From contig CBDCSU010000006.1 of NCBI GenBank assembly GCA_965221775.1, forward strand, positions 1,184,001 to 1,248,000: a stretch of 64,000 nucleotides of DNA, given 5' to 3'. The notes below the pieces were generated by a model. That model worked only from the letters and a program-made list of their open reading frames with translations. It was not told the origin of the DNA and did not search any database. This document shows positions 9,072 through 19,562 of this stretch, one piece after another. A program made the position numbers and the translations under genes. The DNA comes from Candidatus Latescibacterota bacterium. Lineage in GTDB: Bacteria; Latescibacterota; UBA2968; UBA8231. The first letter of the stretch is position 1. Each line of letters begins with the position of its first letter.

Positions 9072-10456
9072 TGTCAGATGCCGATGTGATGGAGAAGCTC
9101 GTCTCCTTGTGCAAGCGCAAGGGATTCATCTTCCAGAGCTCCGAGATCTACGGCGGCCTCAACGGCTGCTGGGACTACGGACCCCTCGGCGTCGAGCTGC
9201 TGCGCAACGTCAAGGAGTCCTGGTGGCGGTCCATGACCTACCGCGAGGACGTGGAGGGGATCGACGCGGCGATCCTGATGCACCCGCGCACCTGGGAGGC
9301 CTCGGGCCACGTGGAGGGCTTCACCGACCCCATGGTGGAGGACCGCAAGACCAACGAGAGGTTCCGCCTCGACCATCTCCTGGAGGAGGCGGGCGTCGAC
9401 TGCACGGGCCTGGGCCTGGAGGAGATGACGGCGAAGATGGCCGAGGTGGGCCTCAGGAGCCCCCGGGGCAACGAGCTGGGCGAGGCCCGTCACTTCAACC
9501 TGATGTTCAAGACCCACGTGGGCCCCGTGGAGGACTCGGCGAGCGTCGTCTACCTGAGGCCGGAGACGGCCCAGGGCATCTTCGTCAACTTCCTCAACGT
9601 GCAGCAGGCGATGCGCCAGAAGCTGCCCTTCGGCATCGCCCAGATCGGCAAGGCCTTCCGCAACGAGATCAACACCCGGAACTTCCTCTTCCGCACGCGC
9701 GAGTTCGAGCAGATGGAGATGCAGTACTTCGTCGCTCCGGGCGAGGAGGGGCGCTGGCTCGACTACTGGCGGGAGGAGCGCTGGACCTGGATCACCGAGG
9801 GTCTGGGGATCCCGGAGAGCCGGCTGCGCTGGCGCGAGCACGGCGGCGGCGAGTTGGCCCACTACGCCCGCGCCGCCTTCGACATCCAGTTCGAGTTCCC
9901 CTTCGGGTGGGACGAGATGGAGGGCATCCACCACCGCGGGCAGTACGACCTCGGCCGCCACGAGGAGTACTCGGGCAAGCAGCTGAAGTTCTTCGACGAC
10001 CAGTCGCGGCAGAAGGTCCTGCCCGCCGTCATCGAGACCTCGGCCGGGGCCAGCCGCCAGACGATGATGGTCCTCACCAACGCCTACGCCGAGGAGGAGG
10101 TGAAGGGCGACCGGCGCACGGTGATGCGCCTGCACCCGCGCATCGCGCCCCTTAAGGCGGCGATCCTGCCCCTGGTCAAGCGCGACGGCATGCCCGAGAT
10201 CGCCCGCCGCATCGAGGCGGAGCTGCGGCCCCACCTGCGCGTGGCCTACGACGAGGGCGGCGCCATCGGCCGCCGTTACCGGCGCATGGACGAGGTGGGC
10301 ACCCCGTTCTGCATCACTGTCGACTCCGACACCCTTCAGGACGGCACGGTCACTCTCCGGGAGCGCGACTCCATGGAGCAGGACCGCGTTGCCGGCTCCG
10401 GCCTGCTGGCCGAGATCAGCCGCCGCATGGACCTGTGGAAGCACCCGGAATCTTGA
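9071..10456 (+). CDS. glyQS: glycine--tRNA ligase (alpha2 type)
   Basis: KRKGFIFQSSEIYGG, LRPETAQGIF, FRTREFEQME, IGRRYRRMDEVGTPFC. Confidence 0.96.
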   Translation: MSDADVMEKLVSLCKRKGFIFQSSEIYGGLNGCWDYGPLGVELLRNVKESWWRSMTYREDVEGIDAAILMHPRTWEASGHVEGFTDPMVEDRKTNERFRLDHLLEEAGVDCTGLGLEEMTAKMAEVGLRSPRGNELGEARHFNLMFKTHVGPVEDSASVVYLRPETAQGIFVNFLNVQQAMRQKLPFGIAQIGKAFRNEINTRNFLFRTREFEQMEMQYFVAPGEEGRWLDYWREERWTWITEGLGIPESRLRWREHGGGELAHYARAAFDIQFEFPFGWDEMEGIHHRGQYDLGRHEEYSGKQLKFFDDQSRQKVLPAVIETSAGASRQTMMVLTNAYAEEEVKGDRRTVMRLHPRIAPLKAAILPLVKRDGMPEIARRIEAELRPHLRVAYDEGGAIGRRYRRMDEVGTPFCITVDSDTLQDGTVTLRERDSMEQDRVAGSGLLAEISRRMDLWKHPES

Positions 10457-10481
10457 TCCTGCTCAGGCGATCGGGTATATT
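10453..10481 (+). promoter_or_regulatory. sigma70-like promoter for the tRNA-Leu/tig operon
   Basis: TTGATC-N17-TATATT upstream of the tRNA. Confidence 0.6.
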
Positions 10482-10554
10482 CGCCCGGCTGTGGAGCGAA
10501 GCACCGGGCGGCGTGCGGACCCGGTGCTTCCTTTGTTGCACGGAGCGCGGTTTT

Positions 10555-10638
10555 GCGAAAGTGGCGGAATTGGCATACGCGCCAGATTTAGGATCTGGTG
10601 CCCTTCGGGGCTTGGGGGTTCGAGTCCCCCCTTTCGCA
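10555..10638 (+). tRNA. tRNA-Leu (anticodon TAG)
   Basis: Acceptor GCGAAAG/CTTTCGC plus discriminator A, D-loop GGAATTGGCATAC, anticodon arm CCAGA-TTTAGGA-TCTGG, long variable arm, T-arm GGGGG-TTCGAGT-CCCCC; CCA not encoded. Confidence 0.96.
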
Positions 10639-10643
10639 CGGAA

Positions 10644-11951
10644 ATGACGACCTTGGAAACGACCGTAAGAGAGACCGGCCGCTGGGCGCGCGACCTCGAT
10701 GTCGAGGTGCCGCCCGAGCGCATCGACCGGGAGATGCAGAGCGCCCTGCGGGGCTACCAGAAGCGCCTGGAGATCCCCGGCTTCCGCAAGGGCAAGGTTC
10801 CCCTCCGGCTCATCCAGCAGCGCTACGGCCCTTCGATCCGCAGCGGCGTCATCGAGGACCTGCTCCCCGAGATCATGCGCGAGGCGGCGCAGCAGACGGG
10901 CCTGAGGCCGGCGGGCACCCCGCGCATCACCCGCCTCGACGAGAGCGAGGGCGGCGGCCTGAGCTTCACCGCCAGCATCGACATCTGGCCCGAGGTCGAG
11001 GTGCAGGGCCACGAGGGCCTGAAGGCGACGCGCCTCACCCACGGGGTCTCCGACGACGAGGTGGAGGAGCAGCTCCAGCAGCTGCAGCGGCAGCATGCGT
11101 CGGAGCGCTCCGTCGAGCGCGGCCTGGCCCGCGGCGACGTGCTCATCGCCGACCTGCAGCGCCTCGACGAGGGCGGCGTGCCGATCATCGGCGACCGCTA
11201 CGAGGAGCGCTACTTCCTCATCGGCGACGACAACGCGCCGAGCCCCGAGTTCGAGGAGGCCCTGATCGGCATCGAGGCGGGGGCCGAGCGCAAGGTCCGG
11301 TTCCAGTACCGCGAGGACCTGCCCAACGAGGACCTCGCCGGCACGCGGGCCCACTTCGCCGTCAGCGCCCGCGAGATCCGCGAGCGCACCCTCCCCGACC
11401 TCGACGACGAGTTCGCCAGGGAGGTGGGCGACCGCTTCGAGGGCCTGGAGCAACTCAGGGACCACCTGCGCTCCCAGCTGGACGAACGCTGGAACTACCT
11501 GGCCCGGCAGAAGCTGCGCAGCGACCTCCTCGAGGGCCTCCACCGGGCCAACGAGGTGGAGCTCTCCGATTCGCTGGTGGACAACTACCTGGAGTCGATG
11601 CGCCGCGAGCGCGAGCGCCAGGAGCGCGACCACGACCGCCACGGCCACACCCATGATCACGGCCACGATCACGACCATGAGCACGAGGAGCCGACGGCGG
11701 AGGAGCGGGAGGACGCGGTCAAGCGCCTGAAGACCTTCCTGATCATGGAGGGCCTGCGCAAGAAGGTCTCCGTCGAGGTCACGGACGAGGAGTTCGAGGG
11801 CTACCTGGCCGACCGGTCGCGGCAGCTCGGCATGCAGCTCGACAAGCTGAAGCGTTCCCCCAGGGCCGCCGACCTGCGCCGCGACCTGGAGGAGGACAAG
11901 ATCTTCGCGTATCTCGAAGAGCACGCCATCGTCGAAGAGAGGGCGGTCTGA
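10644..11951 (+). CDS. tig: trigger factor
   Basis: Ribosome-binding signature [19 protein letters not shown]; canonical tRNA-Leu-tig-clpP-clpX order. Confidence 0.93.
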   Translation: MTTLETTVRETGRWARDLDVEVPPERIDREMQSALRGYQKRLEIPGFRKGKVPLRLIQQRYGPSIRSGVIEDLLPEIMREAAQQTGLRPAGTPRITRLDESEGGGLSFTASIDIWPEVEVQGHEGLKATRLTHGVSDDEVEEQLQQLQRQHASERSVERGLARGDVLIADLQRLDEGGVPIIGDRYEERYFLIGDDNAPSPEFEEALIGIEAGAERKVRFQYREDLPNEDLAGTRAHFAVSAREIRERTLPDLDDEFAREVGDRFEGLEQLRDHLRSQLDERWNYLARQKLRSDLLEGLHRANEVELSDSLVDNYLESMRRERERQERDHDRHGHTHDHGHDHDHEHEEPTAEEREDAVKRLKTFLIMEGLRKKVSVEVTDEEFEGYLADRSRQLGMQLDKLKRSPRAADLRRDLEEDKIFAYLEEHAIVEERAV

Positions 11952-11953
11952 AC

Positions 11954-12571
11954 ATGTCGCTGATACCGATGGTCATCGAGCAGACCGGACGGGGCGAACG
12001 CTCCTACGACATCTACTCGCGGCTGCTCAAGGAGCGCATCGTCTTCATCGGCACGCCGGTGGGCGACAGCATCGCCAATCTCGTCATCGCCCAGATGCTG
12101 TTCCTCGCTTCGGAGGACCCGAAGAAGGACATCTCCCTCTACATCAACACCCCGGGCGGTTCGGTGACGGCGGGCATGGCGATCTACGACACCATGCAGT
12201 ACATCCAGCCCGACGTGGCCACCATCTGCATCGGCCAGGCCTCGAGCATGGGCGCCGTGCTCCTCGCCGGCGGGGCCCGCGGCAAGCGCCAGTGCCTGCC
12301 CAACGCCCGGGTGCTGCTGCATCAGCCCATGGGCGGCATCGGCGGGCAGGCCGCCGACGTGGAGATCCACGCCCGCGAGATCATCCAGATCCGCCGGCAG
12401 ATCAACGACATCCTCGCCGAGCGCACGGGGCGCGATCTCGAGCGCATCCAGGCCGACACGGAGCGGGACTTCTTCCTCAACGCCGAGGAGGCCCGCGAGT
12501 ACGGCATCATCGACGAGATCATCACCCCCTCCAGCCTGGCCCTGGCGCAGCCGGCGGAGGCGGCGGGCTAG
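11954..12571 (+). CDS. clpP: ATP-dependent Clp protease proteolytic subunit
   Basis: [36 protein letters not shown]. Confidence 0.97.
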   Translation: MSLIPMVIEQTGRGERSYDIYSRLLKERIVFIGTPVGDSIANLVIAQMLFLASEDPKKDISLYINTPGGSVTAGMAIYDTMQYIQPDVATICIGQASSMGAVLLAGGARGKRQCLPNARVLLHQPMGGIGGQAADVEIHAREIIQIRRQINDILAERTGRDLERIQADTERDFFLNAEEAREYGIIDEIITPSSLALAQPAEAAG

Positions 12572-12579
12572 CTCCTCCC

Positions 12580-13830
12580 GTGCGCCGCCGCAGCACCTCC
12601 AAGGCCGAGCCGCGCTGCTCCTTCTGCACCCGCGGGGCCAGCCAGGTGGACCGCATCATCACCGGGCCGTCGGTGCACATCTGCAACGAGTGCGTCAAGC
12701 TCTGCAACGACGTCCTCGCCGAGGACAAGAAGCAGGCCGTGCCATGGGATTCGGGCACCCTTCCCAAACCGATCGACATCAAGGCCTACCTCGACGAGTA
12801 CGTCATCGGCCAGGAGGAGGCGAAGAAGATCCTCTCCGTGGCCGTGTACAACCATTACAAGCGCATCCGCACCAACGTCGCCCTCGACGGCGTCGAGCTC
12901 GAGAAGAGCAACATCCTCCTCGTGGGGCCCACGGGCACGGGCAAGACCCTGCTCGCCCAGACCCTGGCCAAGGTCCTGCAGGTGCCCTTCTGCATGGCCG
13001 ACGCCACCATCCTCACCGAGGCGGGGTACGTGGGCGAGGACGTGGAGAACATCCTGGTGGGCCTGCTGCAGGCGGCCGACTACGATGTGGCCCGCGCCGA
13101 GAAGGGCATCATCTACCTCGACGAGATCGACAAGGTGGCGCGCAAGTCGGCGGCGCCGGCGGTGAGCCGCGACGTCTCGGGCGAGGGCGTGCAGCAGGCG
13201 CTGCTGAAGATCCTCGAGGGCACGGTGGCCAACATCCCGCCCAAGGGCGGCCGCAAGCACCCCGAGCAGCCGATGATCCAGATCAACACGCAGAACGTGC
13301 TGTTCATCTGCGGCGGCGCCTTCGAGGGCCTGGTGAAGGTGATCTCCTCCCGCGTGGGCCGGCGCACCATGGGTTTCGGGGCGGCCTCGGAAGAGGCCGA
13401 CGCCGAGAGCCCCGCCCAGGTCCTGTCCGAGGTGCAGCCCGAGGACCTGCTGCAGTTCGGCCTGATCCCCGAGTTCGTCGGCCGCATTCCGGTGGTGACC
13501 ACCCTCGACGCCCTCTCCGAGGAAGACCTCTTCCGCATCCTCACGGAGCCGAAGAACGCCATCGTCCGGCAGGTGAGCCGCCTCTTCGAGATGGACGGCG
13601 TCAACCTGCGGTTCACCGACGACGCCCTGCGCCGGGTGGTGGAGCTCACCGTCAGCAAGGGCACCGGCGCCCGCGGCCTGCGCTCCGTCCTGGAGCAGGC
13701 CCTGATGGACGTGTTCTACGACACCCCGTCCCACGAGGAGGTGACGGAGCTGGTCGTCACCGACGAGATGATCGACCTCGGGTTCGCCTCCGACGACGAC
13801 GGCGACGAGCTCCTTCGCAAGTCCGCCTGA
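12580..13830 (+). CDS. clpX: ATP-dependent Clp protease ATP-binding subunit
   Basis: C4 zinc finger CSFC...[35 protein letters not shown]; GTG start 12580. Confidence 0.97.
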   Translation: MRRRSTSKAEPRCSFCTRGASQVDRIITGPSVHICNECVKLCNDVLAEDKKQAVPWDSGTLPKPIDIKAYLDEYVIGQEEAKKILSVAVYNHYKRIRTNVALDGVELEKSNILLVGPTGTGKTLLAQTLAKVLQVPFCMADATILTEAGYVGEDVENILVGLLQAADYDVARAEKGIIYLDEIDKVARKSAAPAVSRDVSGEGVQQALLKILEGTVANIPPKGGRKHPEQPMIQINTQNVLFICGGAFEGLVKVISSRVGRRTMGFGAASEEADAESPAQVLSEVQPEDLLQFGLIPEFVGRIPVVTTLDALSEEDLFRILTEPKNAIVRQVSRLFEMDGVNLRFTDDALRRVVELTVSKGTGARGLRSVLEQALMDVFYDTPSHEEVTELVVTDEMIDLGFASDDDGDELLRKSA

Positions 13831-13844
13831 AGGCCTGCGGCGTC

Positions 13845-14447
13845 GTGCGGATCCACTCTGCGGAATTCGTCGTGGGCGCCGTGGGCGACAAGGGCTCGCC
13901 CACCGACGGCCTGCCCGAGGTCGCCTTCGCCGGGCGCTCCAACGTCGGCAAGTCCAGCCTGATCAACCGCCTCGTGCAGCGCCGCAATCTCGCCTTCACC
14001 AGCTCCACCCCCGGGCGCACGCAGCAGCTCAACTACTACCGGGTCGACGACCGGCTCTACCTCGTCGACCTGCCCGGCTACGGGTACGTGCGAGGCGGCG
14101 TCGACCTGCGGCGCAACCTGGGGCGGCTCGTCGAGACCTACCTGGCCCACCGCGAGGCCCTGCAGGCGGTGGTCCTGCTCATCGACGCCCGCCACGGCCC
14201 CACGGAGCTGGACCTGCAGATGGTGGACACCCTGAAGAGCAGCGGACGCCCCTTCCTGCTCGTGCTCACCAAGGCCGACAAGCTCTCCCGCGGCAAGCTC
14301 GACCGGCAGGTCTCCCGCCTCGAGGAGGAGGGCCACCTCGCCGACCTGCCCTACCTGCCCTTCTCCTCCGAGACCGGCCTCGGCCGCGGCGACCTGCTGC
14401 AGTGGGTCGGGGAGGTGACGGCGGTGGAGGCCGCACCGGCCCCATGA
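13845..14447 (+). CDS. engB: ribosome biogenesis GTP-binding protein YihA/YsxC
   Basis: GRSNVGKSS, TPGRTQ, DLPGYG, TKADK. Confidence 0.95.
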   Translation: MRIHSAEFVVGAVGDKGSPTDGLPEVAFAGRSNVGKSSLINRLVQRRNLAFTSSTPGRTQQLNYYRVDDRLYLVDLPGYGYVRGGVDLRRNLGRLVETYLAHREALQAVVLLIDARHGPTELDLQMVDTLKSSGRPFLLVLTKADKLSRGKLDRQVSRLEEEGHLADLPYLPFSSETGLGRGDLLQWVGEVTAVEAAPAP

Positions 14448-16051
14448 GAGTCCTGATCAGCGACCGCGTCGATCCCGGCTGCGTCGACGTGCTGCAGGCC
14501 GGCGGCCGCATCGAGGCCGACATGAGCACCGGCCTGACGCCCGCCGAGCTGCTGGAGCGCATCGACGCCTACGACGGGCTCATCGTGCGCAGCGCCACCC
14601 GCGTCACCGGCGAGGTCATCCGCCGGGCGCGGCGCATGCGCGCCATCGGCCGGGCCGGCGCCGGGGTCGACAACATCGACGTGGACGAGGCCACCCGCCG
14701 CGGCATCGTGGTGATGAACACCCCCGGGGGCAACTCGGTGAGCACGGCGGAGCACACGGTGGCCATGATCCTCTCCCTGGCGCGCAACGTCCCCCAGGGG
14801 ACGGCCTCGATGAAGGCCGGCCGCTGGGAGCCCGGCACCCTCACCGGGGTCGAGCTGGCCGGCAAGACGATCGGCGTCTTCGGCCTCGGCCAGGTGGGGC
14901 GCGAGGTCGCCCAGCGGGCCGCCGCCTTCGGCCTCCGCGTCCTCGCCTGCGACCCCCCGGTGACGGAGGAAGTGGCCCAGTCGTACGGCGCCCAGCTCGC
15001 TCCCGAGGAGCAGATCTGGGAGGAGGCCGACTTCCTGACCTTCCACGTGCCCCTGACGGCGCAGACCCGGCACCGCCTGTCGGAGGGGGAACTGGCCCGC
15101 TGCCGCGACGGCGTGCGCGTCGTCAACTGCGCCCGCGGCGGCATCGTCGACGAAGAGGCCCTGCTCCAGGCCCTCGACTCCGGCAAGGTGGCCGGCGCCG
15201 CCCTCGACGTGTACGAGAGCGAGCCGCCGGAGGCGGGGTCGCGGCTGGTGGCCCACGAGCGGGTGATCTGCACCCCCCACCTGGCGGCGGCGACGCGGGA
15301 GGCCCAGAGCAGCGTCGCCCTGCAGGTGGCGGCCCAGGTGCGCGAGGTGCTGGTGGGCGGGGCGATCCACAACGCCGTCAACGTGCCCAGCGTCGATCCC
15401 GAGGCCTACGAGAAGCTGCGCCCCCACCTGGAACTGGGCGAGCGCCTCGGCCGCATCCACGGCCAGCTGGCCAAGGAGGACCGGCTGCGGCGCATCACCG
15501 TGGAGTACCACGGCGAGATCGCCACCGGGGCCACCTCGTCCCTGACCTCGGCGGTGGTGCTGGGGCTGATGGAGAGCTTCGCCGAAGAGGGGACGGTGAA
15601 CCTCGTCAACGCCCGCATGACCGCCCAGGAGCGCGGCGTCCGCATCGAGGAGCTGACGAGCAGCGACGCCGAGGACTACGCCAGCCTGCTGACGGTGGCC
15701 CTCGAGTTCGACGGCGGCGGCCGCCGGGTGCTGTCGGGCACCCTCTTCGGCCACCAGGACCCGCGCATCGTGCGCGTCGACGAGTACGACCTGGACGCGG
15801 TCCCCGAGGGGCATATGCTGTTCTACGTCAACGACGACGTGCCGGGGATCATCGGCCGCATCGGCAGCACCATGGGCCGGCGCCAGATCAACATCGCGCG
15901 CATGGCCTGCGGCCGGCACCACGTGGGCGGCCGGGCCCTGACGGTGCTCAACGTCGACAGCCCGGTGCCCGAAGCCGTGATCGAAGAGATCCTCACCGAC
16001 CCCCACATCACCTGGGCTCGCCTGGTGAGCCTGTGCGGGAGGGAGAGCTGA
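14444..16051 (+). CDS. serA: D-3-phosphoglycerate dehydrogenase (ASB+ACT type)
   Basis: GRAGAGVDNID, NCARGGIVDE, TPHLAA and C-terminal ACT domain. Confidence 0.95.
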   Translation: MRVLISDRVDPGCVDVLQAGGRIEADMSTGLTPAELLERIDAYDGLIVRSATRVTGEVIRRARRMRAIGRAGAGVDNIDVDEATRRGIVVMNTPGGNSVSTAEHTVAMILSLARNVPQGTASMKAGRWEPGTLTGVELAGKTIGVFGLGQVGREVAQRAAAFGLRVLACDPPVTEEVAQSYGAQLAPEEQIWEEADFLTFHVPLTAQTRHRLSEGELARCRDGVRVVNCARGGIVDEEALLQALDSGKVAGAALDVYESEPPEAGSRLVAHERVICTPHLAAATREAQSSVALQVAAQVREVLVGGAIHNAVNVPSVDPEAYEKLRPHLELGERLGRIHGQLAKEDRLRRITVEYHGEIATGATSSLTSAVVLGLMESFAEEGTVNLVNARMTAQERGVRIEELTSSDAEDYASLLTVALEFDGGGRRVLSGTLFGHQDPRIVRVDEYDLDAVPEGHMLFYVNDDVPGIIGRIGSTMGRRQINIARMACGRHHVGGRALTVLNVDSPVPEAVIEEILTDPHITWARLVSLCGRES

Positions 16052-16053
16052 AC

Positions 16054-17331
16054 ATGCCAGCAACCGTCGTCCTCGGTGCCCAGTGGGGCGATGAAGGCAA
16101 GGCCAAGATCGTCGACTACCTCGCCGCCGGCGCCGACGTGGTGGTGCGCTTCCAGGGGGGCGCCAACGCCGGCCACACCGTCGAGGTGGGGGGCCAGACC
16201 TGGATCTTCCACATCCTGCCCGTGGGCGTCCTGAACGACCACGCGGTCTGCGTCATCGGCAACGGCGTCGTCCTCGACCCGGAGTCCCTGTTCTCCGAGC
16301 TGGACGAGCTGGCGGGACGGGGCGTCCCCGTGCCTCCCGAGCGCCTGCGCGTCAGCGGCTGCGCCCACGTGGTGCTGCCCTACCACAAGGCCCTCGACCG
16401 CGCCTCCGAGGAGAGCCTCGGCTCCGGCGCCATCGGCACCACGGCCCGCGGCATCGGCCCCGCCTACCGCGACAAGGTCGCCCGCAGCCACGCCCTGCGG
16501 GTGATGGACCTGCTCGACGCCGACCTGCGCGACCGGCTGCGCTCCGCCGTCCGGGCCGCCAACGACATGCTCACCCGCATCTACGAAGCGCCGCCTCTCG
16601 ACGGGGAGGAGGTGGTGCGCCAGACCCTGGGGTTCTCCGAGCGGCTGCGGCCGTACGTGGACGACACCTCCGTCTACCTCAACAACGCCCTCGACGAGGG
16701 GCGCCGGGTGCTCTTCGAGGGCGCCCAGGGCACCCTCCTCGACATCGACCACGGCACCTATCCGTACGTGACCTCCTCCAACACCACCGCCGGCGGCGCC
16801 TGCACCGGCACCGGCGTCGGACCGACCCGCATCGACGAGATCATCGGCGTCACCAAGGCCTACATGACCCGCGTCGGCAACGGCCCCTTCCCGACGGAGC
16901 TTCTCGACGACGAGGGCGAGCGCATCCGCGAGCTGGGCCAGGAGTACGGCGCCACCACGGGCCGCGCCCGCCGCTGCGGCTGGTTCGACGCCACCATCGC
17001 CCGCATGGCGGCGCGGGTCAACGGCCTCACCGGCCTCGCCCTCACCCGGCTGGACATCCTCGACCCGGTGGAGCGCCTCAAGCTGTGCACCGCCTACCGC
17101 CACGGCGACCAGCTCCTGGAGCAGTTCCCCGCCGACCCGCGGATACTCGACAAATGCGAGCCCGTGTACGAGGAGGTCGGCGGCTGGTGCGCGCCCACCA
17201 CCGGCGCCCGGAGCTTCGCCGACCTGCCCGCCGGCGCCCGCGCCTACGTGCGCCGCATCGAGGAGCTGAGCGGCACGCCGGTGAGCCTGATCTCCGTGGG
17301 CCCCGACCGCGACGCCACCATCCGCCTCTGA
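16054..17331 (+). CDS. purA: adenylosuccinate synthetase
   Basis: GAQWGDEGK, QGGANAGHT, EGAQG, GATTGRARRCGW. Confidence 0.97.
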   Translation: MPATVVLGAQWGDEGKAKIVDYLAAGADVVVRFQGGANAGHTVEVGGQTWIFHILPVGVLNDHAVCVIGNGVVLDPESLFSELDELAGRGVPVPPERLRVSGCAHVVLPYHKALDRASEESLGSGAIGTTARGIGPAYRDKVARSHALRVMDLLDADLRDRLRSAVRAANDMLTRIYEAPPLDGEEVVRQTLGFSERLRPYVDDTSVYLNNALDEGRRVLFEGAQGTLLDIDHGTYPYVTSSNTTAGGACTGTGVGPTRIDEIIGVTKAYMTRVGNGPFPTELLDDEGERIRELGQEYGATTGRARRCGWFDATIARMAARVNGLTGLALTRLDILDPVERLKLCTAYRHGDQLLEQFPADPRILDKCEPVYEEVGGWCAPTTGARSFADLPAGARAYVRRIEELSGTPVSLISVGPDRDATIRL

Positions 17332-17339
17332 AACGCTCG

Positions 17340-18239
17340 ATGCTACTCTCCCATCGCACCCCGCCGGCGGACAAGGCCGCCGCCCTGCGCCGCGCCATCG
17401 CCGCCGGCACGGTGGTGATGCCCGGGTGCTTCAACGCGCCGGTGGCCATGCTCGCCCAGAAGCTCGGCTTCGAGGCGGTCTACATCTCCGGCGCGGGGCT
17501 GATCAACAGCGCCGGGTACCCCGACATCGCCCTCCTCGGCATGGAGCAGGTGGCCGGCGCCGCGGGCACGATCGCCGACGCCGTGGAGGTGCCGGCCCTG
17601 TGCGACGCCGACACCGGCTTCGGGGAGGCCCTGCAGGTGATGCGCACGGTGCGCGCCTTCGAGGCCGCCGGCGTGGCCGGCATCCACCTCGAGGACCAGG
17701 TGATGCCCAAGCGCTGCGGCCACCTCGACGGCAAGGGGCTGGTCCCCGCGCAGGAGATGGAGCGCAAGCTCGCCGCCGCGGTGGAGGCGCGGGCCAACCC
17801 CGACTTCCTGCTGGTGGCGCGCACCGACGCGCGCGCCGTGGAAGGCTTCGAGGCCAGCGTCGAACGCGGCCGCCGCTACCTCGAGGCCGGTGCCGACGCG
17901 GTCTTCATCGAGGCCCTGCAGACCGAGGACGAGTTCGGCCGTTACGCCGAGCGGGTGCAGGGACCGCTGCTGGCCAACATGACCGAGTTCGGCAAGACCC
18001 CCGCCCTCACGGCGCAACAGTTCGCCGACCTCGGCTACGCCATGGTGATCTTCCCCATGACGGCCTTCCGGGTCATGATGAAGGCGGTGGAGGGCGTGCT
18101 CACCGAGATCCGCGACCAGGGCTCGCCGGCGGCCTGGCTCGACCGCATGCAGACGCGCGAGGAGCTGTACGAGCTGCTGCGCTACCCGGAGTACGAGGCC
18201 ATGGACCGGCGCCTGGCCGGCAAGGGCGGCGATGGCTGA
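17340..18239 (+). CDS. prpB: 2-methylisocitrate lyase
   Basis: DADTGFG, EDQVMPKRCGH (KRCGH signature), LANMTEFGKTP, MQTREELY. Confidence 0.9.
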   Translation: MLLSHRTPPADKAAALRRAIAAGTVVMPGCFNAPVAMLAQKLGFEAVYISGAGLINSAGYPDIALLGMEQVAGAAGTIADAVEVPALCDADTGFGEALQVMRTVRAFEAAGVAGIHLEDQVMPKRCGHLDGKGLVPAQEMERKLAAAVEARANPDFLLVARTDARAVEGFEASVERGRRYLEAGADAVFIEALQTEDEFGRYAERVQGPLLANMTEFGKTPALTAQQFADLGYAMVIFPMTAFRVMMKAVEGVLTEIRDQGSPAAWLDRMQTREELYELLRYPEYEAMDRRLAGKGGDG

Positions 18240-19362
18240 GCGGCCCGAGTACAGCCCCGGGCTGGCCGGGGTCATCGCCGGCGAGTCGGCGATCTCGCGC
18301 ATCGACTTCGAGGCCAACCGGCTGATCGTGCGGGGCTACGACCTGGTGGAGATCACCCGGCAGGCCGTCTTCGAGGAGGTGGCTTGGCTGCTGCTCTATG
18401 GAGAGCTGCCCACGGCCGTGCAGCTCGGCGAGTTCCAGGACCGCCTGCGCGCCGAGCGCGGCCTGCCGCCGATGGTGGAGGAGCTGCTGCGCCGGACCCC
18501 GGCGGAGGCGCAGTCGATGGCGGTCCTGCGCTCGGCGGTCTCCGCCCTGGGGGTGACCGACCCCGAGGCCCCCGACATCCGCCGCGAGGCGACCCTGCGC
18601 AAGGCGGAGCGCCTGCTGGCCAAGGTCCCCACGATCCTCGCCGCCGCCCACCGCTGCAGCCAGGGCCTGGAGCCGGTGCCCCCCGACCCGGCCCTGGGCC
18701 ACGCCGCCAACCTGCTCTACATGGTGGACGGCCGGCGGCCGGCGGAGCACGCCGTGCGCGCCCTGGACGTGGCCCTCATGCTCTACTCCGAGCACGGCTT
18801 CAACGCCTCCTCCTTCGCCGCCAGGGTGACGGCCTCGACCCTGTCCGACCTGCACGCGGCGGTGACGGCGGGCATCGCCGCCCTCATGGGCCCCCTCCAC
18901 GGCGGCGCCAACGAGGCGGCCATGGAGATGATGCTGGAGATCGGCGAGACCGAGCGGGCGCGCCCGTGGGTGCTGGAGGCCCTGGCGCGGAAAGAGAAGA
19001 TCATGGGCTTCGGCCACCGCGAGTACAAGAGCGGCGACTCGCGGGTGCCCGCCGTGACCGAGGAGGGGCGCCGGGTGGCCGCGGCCACCGGCGAGAGCCG
19101 CTGGCTGCGCATCGCCGAGGCCGTGGAGGAGACGATGCGCTCCGAGAAGGGGATCTTCCCCAACGTCGACTTCCCCGTGGCCTGGACCTTCTACACCATG
19201 GGGCTGCCGATCCCGCTCTACACGCCGGTCTTCGTCGCCAGCCGCGTCGCCGGCTGGGCCGCCCACGTCGTCGAGCAGCAGGACGGCAACCGCCTGATCC
19301 GCCCGAACCACATCTACACCGGTCCCGAGGAGAGGGCCTTCCGGCCCCTGGCGGACCGCTGA
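18232..19362 (+). CDS. prpC: 2-methylcitrate/citrate synthase
   Basis: EHGFNAS, GPLHGGANE, IMGFGHR, PNVDF; overlaps prpB. Confidence 0.85.
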   Translation: MAERPEYSPGLAGVIAGESAISRIDFEANRLIVRGYDLVEITRQAVFEEVAWLLLYGELPTAVQLGEFQDRLRAERGLPPMVEELLRRTPAEAQSMAVLRSAVSALGVTDPEAPDIRREATLRKAERLLAKVPTILAAAHRCSQGLEPVPPDPALGHAANLLYMVDGRRPAEHAVRALDVALMLYSEHGFNASSFAARVTASTLSDLHAAVTAGIAALMGPLHGGANEAAMEMMLEIGETERARPWVLEALARKEKIMGFGHREYKSGDSRVPAVTEEGRRVAAATGESRWLRIAEAVEETMRSEKGIFPNVDFPVAWTFYTMGLPIPLYTPVFVASRVAGWAAHVVEQQDGNRLIRPNHIYTGPEERAFRPLADR

Positions 19363-19370
19363 GGACGGGA

Positions 19371-19555
19371 ATGCAGGTCAAGCGCTGGCAGGAGGAACGG
19401 ACGTCCTCGAGGGCGGGCACCTTCACCGTGGGCGGCGAGTCCCGCGACCTGACGCCGGCTGGGCGGTGCTCTGCCCCCCGGGCGAGGACCACGGCGCGGT
19501 GAACTCCAGCGGCGGCTGCCTCGCGGTCCTCGTCTTCATGGCGCCCCACCCGTAG
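19371..19555 (+). pseudogene. cupin-domain gene remnant (frameshifted, internally deleted)
   Basis: Pieces in different frames join to MQVKRWQ..VLEG/GTFTVGGESRDLTP/AVLCPPGEDHGAVNSSGGCLAVLVFMAPHP*, resembling the second cupin motif. Confidence 0.6.
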
Positions 19556-19562
19556 CAGCCGG

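Noticed and set aside
10555-10638. tRNA-Leu as an integration site for the islands
   Set aside because: Followed directly by tig; no duplicated tRNA 3' end and no integrase seen in the window
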